Below, piece after piece: positions 1-11,368 of a stretch of 64,000 nucleotides of DNA (the first letter of the stretch is position 1; each line of letters opens with the position of its first letter). The notes under the pieces are model-generated. The model saw nothing but the letters and a program-made list of their open reading frames with translations. It made no database searches and was not told the origin of the DNA. Position numbers and translations under genes: made by a program. The DNA is from Bacilli bacterium (GTDB lineage: Bacteria; Bacillota_I; Bacilli_A; RFN20; CAG-826): NCBI GenBank assembly GCA_022653695.1, contig JALCSW010000001.1, positions 237,034 to 301,033 of the forward strand. The letters are read 5' to 3'.

Positions 1-1182
<1,182 letters not shown>

Positions 1183-1488
1183 TAAGTTAAATCGGCTTAT
1201 TAACAAAGCAATAAATTGCTTTTGATGATTCTACTCATCTCGTATTTCGTCGTGATTGCTGATCGACTAAATCCGGTAAAAACCAAATCTAATTAACCGC
1301 AACAACAACAGAAAGAACATGTTTTGTAATATTCGGTTTTCAAAGAACAAAAGCTGAGAGAACCTGATCTCTCAAAACTAAACAGATGCTCGCCCACGCT
1401 TAACGCCCAAATACTGACTAAATCGGATTAAAAATAGAAACGAATGTGTACTGTCCGAACGCGCTGTGCGTCGGACAACTTTCTCCTT
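1183..1488 (-). other. 16S-23S internal transcribed spacer, no tRNA recognisable
   Basis: AT-rich, about 305 nt, between the 16S 3' end and the 23S 5' end. I found no cloverleaf or T-loop (GGTTCGAAT-like) motif. Confidence 0.7.
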
Positions 1489-3010
<1,522 letters not shown>

Positions 3011-3163
3011 TTAGATCTAGTTCAAAAAATATCTGGTTTTAAATTGATTCAATAAAAGAATCGACGTTAGTGTAAGTTGTACATCTGTTTAGTTTTCAAA
3101 GATCAGCTCACGCGACCTTACGTAGTAAGGGGGATGCTATCCCAAATTTTCGCGTGCTTGGAT

Positions 3164-3192
3164 AGTATATTGTTTTGCTTTGGGCCTGTCAA
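3164..3192 (-). promoter_or_regulatory. Candidate sigma70/SigA promoter of the rrn operon
   Basis: The minus strand reads TTGACA (3192-3187), a 17-nt spacer, then TATACT (3169-3164). This sits about 155 nt upstream of the 16S 5' end. Confidence 0.6.
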
Positions 3193-3408
3193 CGTCTTTT
3201 TCAAGAAGTTATCGGGTTGCTTTCGCTTCCCTGTCCCTTGGCTTCCGCGCTTTTTCCGAAAGCGTGAACAGCGATAATTCTACGCTTTGGGAAGACTTCG
3301 TCAAGCCAAACCACTTAAAAAGCCAAAACGCTTAGATTCCATCGAAGAAGAAAGTGACTTTGTAAATCGGTATTCCGCCTTATGCGCGCTCGCGGGCGCG
3401 CCTCTACG

Positions 3409-3433
3409 AAAAAAAGGAACGGAAAACCGTCCC
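3409..3433 (-). terminator. Rho-independent terminator after dfx
   Basis: The minus-strand RNA reads GGGACGG-UUUU-CCGUUCC followed by a U7 run. It starts about 20 nt after the dfx stop. Confidence 0.7.
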
Positions 3434-3454
3434 CCTCTCCGCCTTCGGCGTCTC

Positions 3455-3835
3455 CTAGACGTCAGCCGACCAAAGGCCGTGCTTGGTGCAATGGGCCTCA
3501 ACGGACAGCACCACTTCTTCTTCCCCGATCAAAAAGACCACTTCCGGTTTCATGCCGGGGTGAAGGGCTTTCCGCTGGGTTCCTTGATCGGTGAGGAGAT
3601 AAACCCAATCGATGTAGTGATCCGGATCCATCGGATGAAGAGCGGATCCGACTTGAACGTAGACTTTGCCGTTTTCCTCGTGGACGAGCGGCACATGTTT
3701 TTCGGAACCTTCCTGCGCCGAGGAGAAAGGAACGGCCTCGCTCATTTTCGCGCCGCAGCAAACGGGCACGACGCCGCTGTCCTTCACCATGCCGATGAAA
3801 TTACCGCATTCCTTGCATTCGTAGAACTTCGCCAT
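3455..3835 (-). CDS. dfx: Desulfoferrodoxin (2Fe superoxide reductase), 126 aa
   Basis: ATG at 3835 with AAGAGGA upstream. The N-terminus has the desulforedoxin-type motif CKEC...VCCG. The C-terminus has neelaredoxin-type ligand motifs (EKHVP, HPM, CTKHG). The longer ORF-track version (to 4012) runs through the upstream terminator, so I chose the internal start. Confidence 0.85.
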   Translation of the reverse strand: MAKFYECKECGNFIGMVKDSGVVPVCCGAKMSEAVPFSSAQEGSEKHVPLVHEENGKVYVQVGSALHPMDPDHYIDWVYLLTDQGTQRKALHPGMKPEVVFLIGEEEVVLSVEAHCTKHGLWSADV

Positions 3836-3902
3836 CGCTATGTCCTCTTTTCTTGGTTTCATTGTAGCACCGTCCGCGCCTGCGTCCACTTTGCTCCCCA
3901 AT

Positions 3903-3928
3903 AAAAAAGCCCCCTTCAAGAAGAGGGC
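3903..3928 (-). terminator. Rho-independent terminator after the BI-1-like gene
   Basis: The minus-strand RNA reads GCCCUC-UUCUUGAA-GGGGGC followed by UUUUUUAUU. Confidence 0.65.
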
Positions 3929-3945
3929 TAGCCAAAGGCAACCAA

Positions 3946-4683
3946 TCAGTTGCTTCGTTTCGTAAGCATCAAAATGTAGAGCACGCGAAGGAAGATGTTG
4001 ATGAAATCGCAATAGAACTGATACGCGTAATAGAGGGCGGTGTTGTTCGTGGCCGTCCCATAGTCGAGGGCTTTGTTCATGCGATTGGCCTCAAAACCCA
4101 CCAAAAGCATCGAAAAGGTAATCACGACGAAGGAAACCACCAAATCGAAGACGTAAAAGGTTCCCGGGCTCAGCCAAAACCAGAACCCAAAGAGAAGAGC
4201 CGTCATCAGATATCCGAAGAGGAGCCCATATCCGATCATCCCCATCAAAGAGAGGTCGCGCTTGCTGAAGTAACCGATGAGGAACATGCCGACGAAAGCG
4301 ACCGAGGTGATGGCGAAGGCCTCGCCCATCATCTCCGGTTGCACCCCTAGAAGCAGAAGCGCGCCGGGCCAAACGCCCATGGCGACGCAATAAAGGATAT
4401 AAGGGATCCAGGCTCCGCGCTTGTTTTTGGCGAGAGTCACGTTAAGGACGATGGAGTCAATGAGCATGACGAGGAGAGCGACCCCACACGAGGAAAGAAG
4501 CGGAACGAAGGCGCCTTCGCCCACGGCGCCGATCGAAGAATCGTAGTAAACGTTATAGAAAATGTAGGAGAAGAGGAAGGCGACGCCCGCCGTGATGGCT
4601 AAGCCGACGCAAAGATATCCACAAACGACGGCGAAGAACTTGCTTTGCCCCTGGCGCTGCCCCGCGACTGAGACGCCATCCAT
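3946..4683 (-). CDS. BAX inhibitor-1/YccA (TMBIM) family membrane protein, 245 aa
   Basis: Multi-pass hydrophobic protein with the family-typical C-terminus ...YYAYQFYCDFINIFLRVLYILMLTKRSN. Its ATG overlaps the tpiA stop (TAATG). Confidence 0.75.
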   Translation of the reverse strand: MDGVSVAGQRQGQSKFFAVVCGYLCVGLAITAGVAFLFSYIFYNVYYDSSIGAVGEGAFVPLLSSCGVALLVMLIDSIVLNVTLAKNKRGAWIPYILYCVAMGVWPGALLLLGVQPEMMGEAFAITSVAFVGMFLIGYFSKRDLSLMGMIGYGLLFGYLMTALLFGFWFWLSPGTFYVFDLVVSFVVITFSMLLVGFEANRMNKALDYGTATNNTALYYAYQFYCDFINIFLRVLYILMLTKRSN

Positions 4684-5441
4684 TATCGGAGCATCCCCTC
4701 GATGAGGCCCTTGAAGGAAACCGGATCGAGCGAAGCGCCGCCGACGAGAGCCCCGTCGATGTCCGGCGCGCTCATGTACGCGGAAACGTTATTCGGCTTG
4801 ACCGATCCGCCGTAAAGGATCCGCATGTCGACCGCCGCGACTCCGAAAAGCTCGCGCAAAGTGCGACGGACGAAGCCGATGGTGTCCTCGGCGATTTCCG
4901 TCGAGGCGCTCTTGCCGGTGCCGATCGCCCAAATCGGCTCGTAGGCGACGATGACCTTTTGGGCTTCCTCGGGGGTCAGATCCTTAAGCCCGGCGCGGAT
5001 TTGCTCCGCGACGAACTTCTTGGTCTCGCCTTTCTCGAAGGTCTCAAGCGATTCGCCGCAGCAATAAACCGGGGTCATCCCCGCGGCAAGCAGGGCTTTT
5101 ATTTTGGCGTTGCAGGCTTCGGAGGTCTCGCCATTATAGGCGCGACGCTCACTATGGCCGACGATGCACCAATCGATGCCGATGGCCCGAAGCATCGGGA
5201 TCGAAATCTCGCCCGTGAAGGCGCCATGGTCGTGCTCGCTGCAGTTTTGGGCCGCCACGATGCACTTCGGATTGATGGTTCTCTTGACCGCGTCAAGGCA
5301 AACGTAGGTCGGCGCGACGCCGACGTCGATGTCGTGGCCGACCGCGAAATCGACCATTTCCGAGGCGGCCGCGGCAAAAGAGGCGGCTTCCTCGGGGGTT
5401 TTGTTCATCTTCCAATTGCCAAGCAATAGTTTTTTGCGCAT
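4683..5441 (-). CDS. tpiA: Triosephosphate isomerase, 252 aa
   Basis: Motifs GNWKMN, IVGHSERR and AYEPIWAIGTG. SD GAGGTAAT upstream. Confidence 0.95.
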   Translation of the reverse strand: MRKKLLLGNWKMNKTPEEAASFAAAASEMVDFAVGHDIDVGVAPTYVCLDAVKRTINPKCIVAAQNCSEHDHGAFTGEISIPMLRAIGIDWCIVGHSERRAYNGETSEACNAKIKALLAAGMTPVYCCGESLETFEKGETKKFVAEQIRAGLKDLTPEEAQKVIVAYEPIWAIGTGKSASTEIAEDTIGFVRRTLRELFGVAAVDMRILYGGSVKPNNVSAYMSAPDIDGALVGGASLDPVSFKGLIEGMLR

Positions 5442-5445
5442 AAGA

Positions 5446-6672
5446 TTACCTCAAAACGTCGACGCCAGGCAGGCTGCCATTGTTCTCGATCATCTCGAGG
5501 GAGGCGCCGCCGCCGGTGCTGACGTGGCTGAAATCGGCCTTATAGCCGAACTGCTTGACGGCTGAGGCGCTGTCCCCGCCGCCGCAAACCGTGAAGGCTT
5601 TCCCCTTGAGGGCGCGAACCGCCTCGCAGATGGCCTTGGTCCCGCTTTGGAACTCGCTTTGCTCAAAGACGCCCATCGGCCCGTTCCAGAAAAGCATGTG
5701 GGCTTGCATGATGGCCTCTTTATAGAGCGCCTCCGTCTTCGGCCCGATGTCGACCCCCTGAAAGCCATCGGGGATATCGCCCTCGACCGTTTTGATGAGG
5801 CGGCCTTCGACCGGCTCGAAACTATTGGTCACGACGCTGTCGATCGGAAGAAGGATTCGACCTCCGGCCTCCTCGAGGCATTTCTTGGCGTAGCCGATCT
5901 GCTCATCCTCGACCGGCGAATTGCCGGTCTTCATGCCGAGGGCCTTCTTGAACGTGTAGGCCATTGCCCCGCCAATAAGGATTTTGTCGCATTTCTTCAA
6001 AAGGGCGTCGATGACTTTTATCTTGTCGCTCACTTTGAAGCCGCCGAGAATCGCGATATACGGGCGATCCTTGATCTTGACGTCGCAGCAACGGGTGAGG
6101 TTGTCGACTTCCTTGATCATAAGATAACCCTCGGCGACCGGCTTGCCTTCCGCCTTAAGAACCGTCGGGACGCCGACGGTCGAAGCGTGGGCGCGATGGG
6201 CGCTGCCAAAGGCGTCCATGACGAACGCGTCGGCAAGGGAGGCCCACTCCTTGGCGAGTTCGGGATCGTTTTTCTCCTCGCCTTTCTCGTAACGGGTGTT
6301 CTGAGCCAAAAGGACCTCGCCCGGCTGGAGGGCCGCCACGGCCGTGGCGAGTTCCTCGCCGCGGGTCGCGGGGCAGAAACGGACCTTCACGCTCGGAAGG
6401 AGTTTCTGAAGTTCCTCGGCGACGGGGGCCATGTCGTTGGCTTTTTTCATCGCCTCGATTTTGGCGAGATCGGGTTCCTTCCATTTGATTTTGCCAAGAT
6501 GGGACATCAGGATGACTTTCGCCCCTTTGCCCACGAGGTCCTCAATGGTCGGAAGGGCGGCCTTAATACGGTTGTTGTCACGGATCACGCCGTTCTTCTG
6601 CGGGACGTTGAAGTCCACGCGAACGTAAACGCGCTTGCCGTAAACGTCTCTTAGGTCTTTGACTGTCAGCAT
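5446..6672 (-). CDS. pgk: Phosphoglycerate kinase, 408 aa
   Basis: Motifs RVDFNVP, ILMSHLG, ILGGFKVSDKI, WNGPMGVFE and GGGDSA. SD AGGAG upstream. Confidence 0.95.
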   Translation of the reverse strand: MLTVKDLRDVYGKRVYVRVDFNVPQKNGVIRDNNRIKAALPTIEDLVGKGAKVILMSHLGKIKWKEPDLAKIEAMKKANDMAPVAEELQKLLPSVKVRFCPATRGEELATAVAALQPGEVLLAQNTRYEKGEEKNDPELAKEWASLADAFVMDAFGSAHRAHASTVGVPTVLKAEGKPVAEGYLMIKEVDNLTRCCDVKIKDRPYIAILGGFKVSDKIKVIDALLKKCDKILIGGAMAYTFKKALGMKTGNSPVEDEQIGYAKKCLEEAGGRILLPIDSVVTNSFEPVEGRLIKTVEGDIPDGFQGVDIGPKTEALYKEAIMQAHMLFWNGPMGVFEQSEFQSGTKAICEAVRALKGKAFTVCGGGDSASAVKQFGYKADFSHVSTGGGASLEMIENNGSLPGVDVLR

Positions 6673-6746
6673 GTTTGCATCTCCTGTTCTGTAATCGCAA
6701 ATATGATAGCACGTCCGGTGCTTCTTTCCATATATTCATATGGAAG

Positions 6747-6776
6747 AAAAAAGCCGCCGGGATCACCCGCGGCGGC
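6747..6776 (-). terminator. Rho-independent terminator after the lipoprotein gene 6794..7873
   Basis: The minus-strand RNA reads GCCGCCG-loop-CGGCGGC followed by a U6 run. Confidence 0.7.
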
Positions 6777-6793
6777 CTTTATCATCCCCTTCC

Positions 6794-7873
6794 TTATTTG
6801 GAGGCGGGGGAAGAAGTCATCGGAACGTACTCACTAAGATCGTCCGGAAGGGAGACGTTCGCGTCCTGCCCATAGACGAAGTCGAGATCGAAGGAGCCCT
6901 TGCTCACGATCTGCGCTTCGCTTGTCTCGCCGCCCTGCGAAACGTTGGCCTTGACGGAGACGTCCTCGCCTAGGGCTAAACCCAAGATGTGGCTGGCGTC
7001 ATAACTGAGCGAGAAAGAGAAATTGAGTTTGGCGTCGCCCGCTTGCGCGAGCATCGAAGAGACGGCAGCCGAAGCGTCGAACGAACTGTCTCCGACCCCC
7101 TCGATGGCGGCGGTAAGGGAAGCCAAAGTCTCGACCGTGAACTCGCCATAAAGCGTGCTCGTGCCGTCTTCGTAATCCTTCAAGGTGAAGAACGGATCGA
7201 GGCTGGAGGCGTTTGCGGCAAGGCTAGAGGCAAAGGAGGCGGCCTGTTGGTTGAATTCGCTGAGGTCGATCAGCGGAAGATCCTCGGCGGCGATGGCATC
7301 AGGCAACATTACTTTGCCCGGGATGGAAGCGGATATGAGCGAAGCGTCGACGCTCTGGTCGCCAATGACGGCGGAAACGATGGCCTCATGCAAAGTCGAG
7401 TCGCTGATGTCGACATAGAGGCCGCCATTGGACAAATACGCCCCGATCCGGGACTTGCCGACGGACAGACTGGAAGTGGAAGTCGGCATTTCGCTCATGC
7501 CGGTGTCCATGGAAGCCGAGAAGTTAAAGGAATCGAAGCCGGCCGTGAAAGCGGCTTTGAGATCGGCGATGGAGGTGCCGCTATATCCGCTGACGGCGAA
7601 CGAAGCCGTCGCTTTCGCCAAAGAAGTGGAAAGGGACATGTGATCGGAAGTGACGCTCGTCGAGAAACTTGGGATCGAAAGGCTGAAGCCAAACGCGTTT
7701 TCGGCCACGGTTCCCTTGGCGGCGCTGGCAAGTTTGTTGGCGCCTTGGGCAAGACTGACGGTTTCGCCGCCCGAAGGCTGGGGGACGCCATTGGAATCAA
7801 GCGAGCTCCCGTCGCCGCATCCGCAAAGCAGAAGGGCCGGGGCCGCCAACAGCAATAGGCTGGACTTTTTCAT
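6794..7873 (-). CDS. Ser/Ala-rich lipoprotein of unknown function, 359 aa
   Basis: Start chosen at MKKSSLLLLAAPALLLCGCG (signal peptide plus lipobox), with AGGAG 8 nt upstream. The gene lies between gap and pgk and is flanked by terminators. Confidence 0.75.
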   Translation of the reverse strand: MKKSSLLLLAAPALLLCGCGDGSSLDSNGVPQPSGGETVSLAQGANKLASAAKGTVAENAFGFSLSIPSFSTSVTSDHMSLSTSLAKATASFAVSGYSGTSIADLKAAFTAGFDSFNFSASMDTGMSEMPTSTSSLSVGKSRIGAYLSNGGLYVDISDSTLHEAIVSAVIGDQSVDASLISASIPGKVMLPDAIAAEDLPLIDLSEFNQQAASFASSLAANASSLDPFFTLKDYEDGTSTLYGEFTVETLASLTAAIEGVGDSSFDASAAVSSMLAQAGDAKLNFSFSLSYDASHILGLALGEDVSVKANVSQGGETSEAQIVSKGSFDLDFVYGQDANVSLPDDLSEYVPMTSSPASK

Positions 7874-8093
7874 ATGTTGTGCTCCTGGAGGCATAATGCC
7901 TCAAGAAAAGAATATCAATCATCTTCCGTTTTTTCAACAAGCTGAACGGACCTTCCCGACGGATTCGCCAAAAACAGGGCCCGCCTGCGATGGGAGGCGG
8001 TTTTTGTAAAAGATCGGGTTCTCGGCCGCGCTGAGGCGATGAGACCGGTTGGGGTTGGGGCCAGCCCCGCCTCCCCCTTGCCAAGGCGAACGC

Positions 8094-8121
8094 AAAAAAG
8101 GCCCCACGATGAGGCGGGGCC
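8094..8121 (-). terminator. Rho-independent terminator after gap
   Basis: The minus-strand RNA reads GGCCCC-GCCUCAUCGU-GGGGCC followed by a U6 run. A second hairpin plus T-run lies at about 7975-8008. Confidence 0.7.
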
Positions 8122-8142
8122 CTTCGTTTTCGCAATGGCTAA

Positions 8143-9198
8143 TCAGCAGCCAAGGATTTTGGCGTAAGCGCGGGCGAGGCGGATATACTGGCAGGTGAAA
8201 CTGTACTCGTTGTCGTACCACGAGACGACTTTGACGTACTGCGTTCCTTCCGGATCCTTGTAAATCATGGTCTGGGTGCTGTCGAAGATGGAACCGTTGG
8301 TGTTGCCGAGGATATCGCTGGAGACGATCTGGTCTTCGTTGTATCCAAGGACTCCCTTGAGCGCGCCCTCCGAAGCCTTCTTCATGGCGGCGTTGACTTC
8401 ATCGGCGGTCACGTCCTTGTTGAGCAGGAGCGAGAGGTCGACGAGCGACCCGTCGGTGACCGGAACGCGAACGGCTCCGCCCATGAGGCGGCCTTTGAGT
8501 TCGGGGATGACGAGGTTGATGGCCTTCGCGGCGCCTGTAGTCGTCGGAACGATGTTGGCGGCGGCGGCGCGGCCGCGACGGAGGTTGCCCTTCGCGAGGT
8601 CGAGGATGGTCTGATCGTTGGTGTAGGCGTGGACGGTGGTCATGAAACCGCCCTTGATGCCGTATTCGTCGTTAAGGACCTTGCAGACCGGGGCGAGGCA
8701 GTTGGTGGTGCAGCTGGCGCCGCTGATGATCTTCATGTCGGCGGTGAGCTTGTCGGTGTTCACGCCATAGACGAAGGTCGGGATGTCTTTGTCGCTCGAG
8801 GGGGCGCTGATGATGACGCCTTTGGCGCCGTTGGAAAGATGGACCATGCCATCGGCTTTGGTCTTAAGGCGGCCGGTGCACTCGAGGACGATGTCGACTT
8901 TATATTCGCCCCACTTCAGATCGTGGGGGTCCTTTTTCCCGAGGACCGGGATTTTGTGGCCTTGGAAAACGAGATTGTTCTTGACGATGTTGCCGTCGGC
9001 GTCCTTTTCGACTTCGGCGCCGATTTCGTCCTGATGCCAGCCTCTATGGGTGGTGTCGTACTTAAGGAGATAGGCAAGGGTCTTCGCGTCGACGAGATCG
9101 TTGATGGCGACGACTTCGAATCCGCCTTCTTCGTAAGCTCTGCGGAAAGCGAGGCGCCCGATGCGTCCGAATCCGTTAATGGCTAGTTTAATTGACAT
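8143..9198 (-). CDS. gap: Glyceraldehyde-3-phosphate dehydrogenase, 351 aa
   Basis: Starts MSIKLAINGFGRIGRL with GGAGGA upstream. Contains the catalytic SCTTNCLAP motif. The ORF-track N-terminal extension (to 9357) has no homology-like content and was rejected. Confidence 0.95.
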   Translation of the reverse strand: MSIKLAINGFGRIGRLAFRRAYEEGGFEVVAINDLVDAKTLAYLLKYDTTHRGWHQDEIGAEVEKDADGNIVKNNLVFQGHKIPVLGKKDPHDLKWGEYKVDIVLECTGRLKTKADGMVHLSNGAKGVIISAPSSDKDIPTFVYGVNTDKLTADMKIISGASCTTNCLAPVCKVLNDEYGIKGGFMTTVHAYTNDQTILDLAKGNLRRGRAAAANIVPTTTGAAKAINLVIPELKGRLMGGAVRVPVTDGSLVDLSLLLNKDVTADEVNAAMKKASEGALKGVLGYNEDQIVSSDILGNTNGSIFDSTQTMIYKDPEGTQYVKVVSWYDNEYSFTCQYIRLARAYAKILGC

Positions 9199-9232
9199 TA
9201 TTAGATGTCCTCCTTTAATAAACCGCAAGATG

Positions 9233-9265
9233 ATTATAAACACGCTTTCCCTTCTTTGGAAGGGA
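9233..9265 (-). promoter_or_regulatory. Candidate gap promoter with an overlapping inverted repeat
   Basis: The minus strand reads TTCCAA (9261-9256), a 17-nt spacer, then TATAAT (9238-9233). The perfect inverted repeat TCCCTTC-4nt-GAAGGGA (9248-9265) overlaps the -35. Confidence 0.5.
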
Positions 9266-9298
9266 CACGATACATCTTTACCGATATGCTTTTTGACC

Positions 9299-9547
9299 TC
9301 AAAGGAGCTGCTCAAGCCCCACGATGCCGCGGAAAAGCTCCTCCAACGTGACCCCAAGGGCCTTAACGAGGCGGACGAGAACCCCGACCGTGGGGTTTCT
9401 TTGGCCCCGCTCCAAATCGGAGATATAGCTCTTGGAAATCCCGCTTTCGAGGGAAAGGGAAAGCTGGCTCATGTGCCGCTCCTTGCGTAAGTAGGCGACG
9501 CGCTTCCCAAGTTGCGAGCACACGCTGAGACTACTGGTTTTTCCCAT
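9299..9547 (-). CDS. XRE/Cro-C1-type HTH transcriptional regulator, 82 aa
   Basis: Carries the typical HTH_3 motif LGKRVAYLRKERHMSQLSLSLESGISKSYISDLERGQRNPTVGVLVRLVKALGV. It overlaps the whiA 3' end by 17 nt and ends just upstream of the gap promoter. Confidence 0.8.
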   Translation of the reverse strand: MGKTSSLSVCSQLGKRVAYLRKERHMSQLSLSLESGISKSYISDLERGQRNPTVGVLVRLVKALGVTLEELFRGIVGLEQLL

Positions 9548-10502
9548 GTTCCGTGGCCTTTCTGTATTCTTCGTCCAAACGGCGGAAAAGATGGTTGACG
9601 TTGCTCTTGCTCACTTCGCTCGCGAACTCCTCGCTTAAGAGCCTTGCGAGTTCCCCTAGGGAGGCGTCGGGGTGGGATAGGCGCAGCTTCATGAGGGCCT
9701 TGAGTTTCTCGTTCTCGATTTTCTCGTAGCCGAGGGCGTTCACGAAGAAGGCGATTTCCTTCGCCTGCCGTTCGCTGGCTTTGATGGTTTTGCCCATGTT
9801 GGCCGAATCGAGGTTCTGAAGGCGGTTGCCGATGTTGGAGAAGTCCCGGTCGACCCGGACGTCCTCGAAACGCAGGCAACTGTCTTGAGCCCCGATGAGA
9901 ACGAGGAAGTCGCTGATCTCCTCGGCCCGTTTCAGGTAAAGGACCGTCTTGCCGCGCCGCTCCACCGCTTTGGCCGAGAAATGGTGGTTTTGGATCTGAC
10001 GCCATAGATGAAGGAACCATTTGGCGTAGTTCGGATCCCCGAAAGCGATCTCGAGATGATAATGGGAACTTCGAGGGTCGTTGACGCTTCCGGCGGCCAA
10101 AAAGGCCCCGCAAAGATAGGACGCTTGCTTCTCGCTCGTCTGCAAGGCGAAGGAAGGAAGCTTGCCCGTCAGCAAATCGATGCCGAGGTCGTTAAGGATA
10201 TCATCGGCCTCGCGCTCGACGAGGACATGGAAAAGCACACGCTTAAGGAAACCGGCGCTCCTTGAGTAAGCAAAGCGGACCTCGACCCCATAAAGGTCAT
10301 GGAGATAACCGTAGATCGCTTTGGCGATGGATGAGGATTCGCTCACCAGTTCAAGCGCGCTCCCTTCGCTGCTAATATGGTAACGGCCGTTGATTTTCAC
10401 GAATGAGGAAAGGAGCGAACGCTTTTCCTCGTCCGGGCGCGAAAGGGCGGCGCACTCCTCTTTGACGGAGGCGGCGAAAGAAACCGTCTTCGGCTCCATC
10501 AA
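9531..10502 (-). CDS. whiA: DNA-binding protein WhiA, 323 aa
   Basis: Length and sequence fit the family (N-terminal LAGLIDADG-like region, C-terminal HTH). The rapZ-whiA order is conserved, and the start overlaps the rapZ stop. Confidence 0.85.
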   Translation of the reverse strand: MMEPKTVSFAASVKEECAALSRPDEEKRSLLSSFVKINGRYHISSEGSALELVSESSSIAKAIYGYLHDLYGVEVRFAYSRSAGFLKRVLFHVLVEREADDILNDLGIDLLTGKLPSFALQTSEKQASYLCGAFLAAGSVNDPRSSHYHLEIAFGDPNYAKWFLHLWRQIQNHHFSAKAVERRGKTVLYLKRAEEISDFLVLIGAQDSCLRFEDVRVDRDFSNIGNRLQNLDSANMGKTIKASERQAKEIAFFVNALGYEKIENEKLKALMKLRLSHPDASLGELARLLSEEFASEVSKSNVNHLFRRLDEEYRKATEHGKNQ

Positions 10503-11368
10503 TCTTTGCCATCCTCGCGGTAGCGAGACAACTCCCGGTGGGTGAGCAGGCAGTTGAACCGATCCTTGAAATGGTCATAGAGGTGCTGAGCCACGTAAAC
10601 GGAACGGTGCTGCCCGCCGCTGCACCCGACGGCGATGAAGGCGAAAGCGCGCCCATCCTCGATCGAGCCTTTGACGTACTCGCCGACGAGATCGTAAAGC
10701 TTCGCCAAAAACGGCGCCGTCTTCGGATCCTTGTCGATGTAGTCGATGACGGGTTGGTCAATGCCCGTCAGTTTCCTCAGTTCCGGGACCCAATAAGGGT
10801 TTTTGAGCAAACGGGCGTCGATGACGACCTCGCTGTCGCGAGCCAAGCCGTACTTATACCCAAACGAGGAAAAAACCACCGAAATCGGGGCCTTGCCTTT
10901 GCTCTTGCTCAGAAGGTGGGCCGCCAATTTCCGAAAATCCTTTTCGGTGAGGTTCGTGGTGTCGATGTAGATGTCGAAGGAAGCCCGGCACCGCTCCATG
11001 TCCTCCTCATCCTTTTTGATGGCGTCCAAGAGGGTGTAGCCCCGCGGCTGAAGCGGATGGATGTGACGGGTCAGACGGAAACGGGAAAGAAGCACTTCCT
11101 GCGAGCAATCGAGTCCGATCGCGGTAACGTCCAACGAAGGGCGTTTCTTGGCTTCGGCGATGATGGAAGAGGCCACGGAGATGTTGACGAAGACGGCGGC
11201 CTCCCCATAGGTTATGGGATCGTTTTCGAAAACCGTCAGAAGCGAAGGGAGCATTTTGCTGGGAAGGTCCTCGACCACGTAGTAGCCGAGTTCCTCGCAA
11301 ACGCTCGCGAGCGTCGTCCTCCCCGCCCCGGAAAGCCCGGACACGATGACGAGATTGACCTTGTTCAC
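10499..11368 (-). CDS. rapZ: RNase adapter / nucleotide-binding protein RapZ (YvcJ), 289 aa
   Basis: N-terminal P-loop VIVSGLSGAGRTT, C-terminal GCSGGQHRSV motif. ATGA overlap with trxB. Confidence 0.9.
   Translation of the reverse strand: MNKVNLVIVSGLSGAGRTTLASVCEELGYYVVEDLPSKMLPSLLTVFENDPITYGEAAVFVNISVASSIIAEAKKRPSLDVTAIGLDCSQEVLLSRFRLTRHIHPLQPRGYTLLDAIKKDEEDMERCRASFDIYIDTTNLTEKDFRKLAAHLLSKSKGKAPISVVFSSFGYKYGLARDSEVVIDARLLKNPYWVPELRKLTGIDQPVIDYIDKDPKTAPFLAKLYDLVGEYVKGSIEDGRAFAFIAVGCSGGQHRSVYVAQHLYDHFKDRFNCLLTHRELSRYREDGKD

Noticed and set aside
3287-3904. 205-aa plus-strand ORF between the rrn promoter and the BI-1-like gene
   Set aside because: It overlaps desulfoferrodoxin in antisense and runs through the dfx terminator. 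The dfx frame has clear metal-binding motifs, and this ORF has none.
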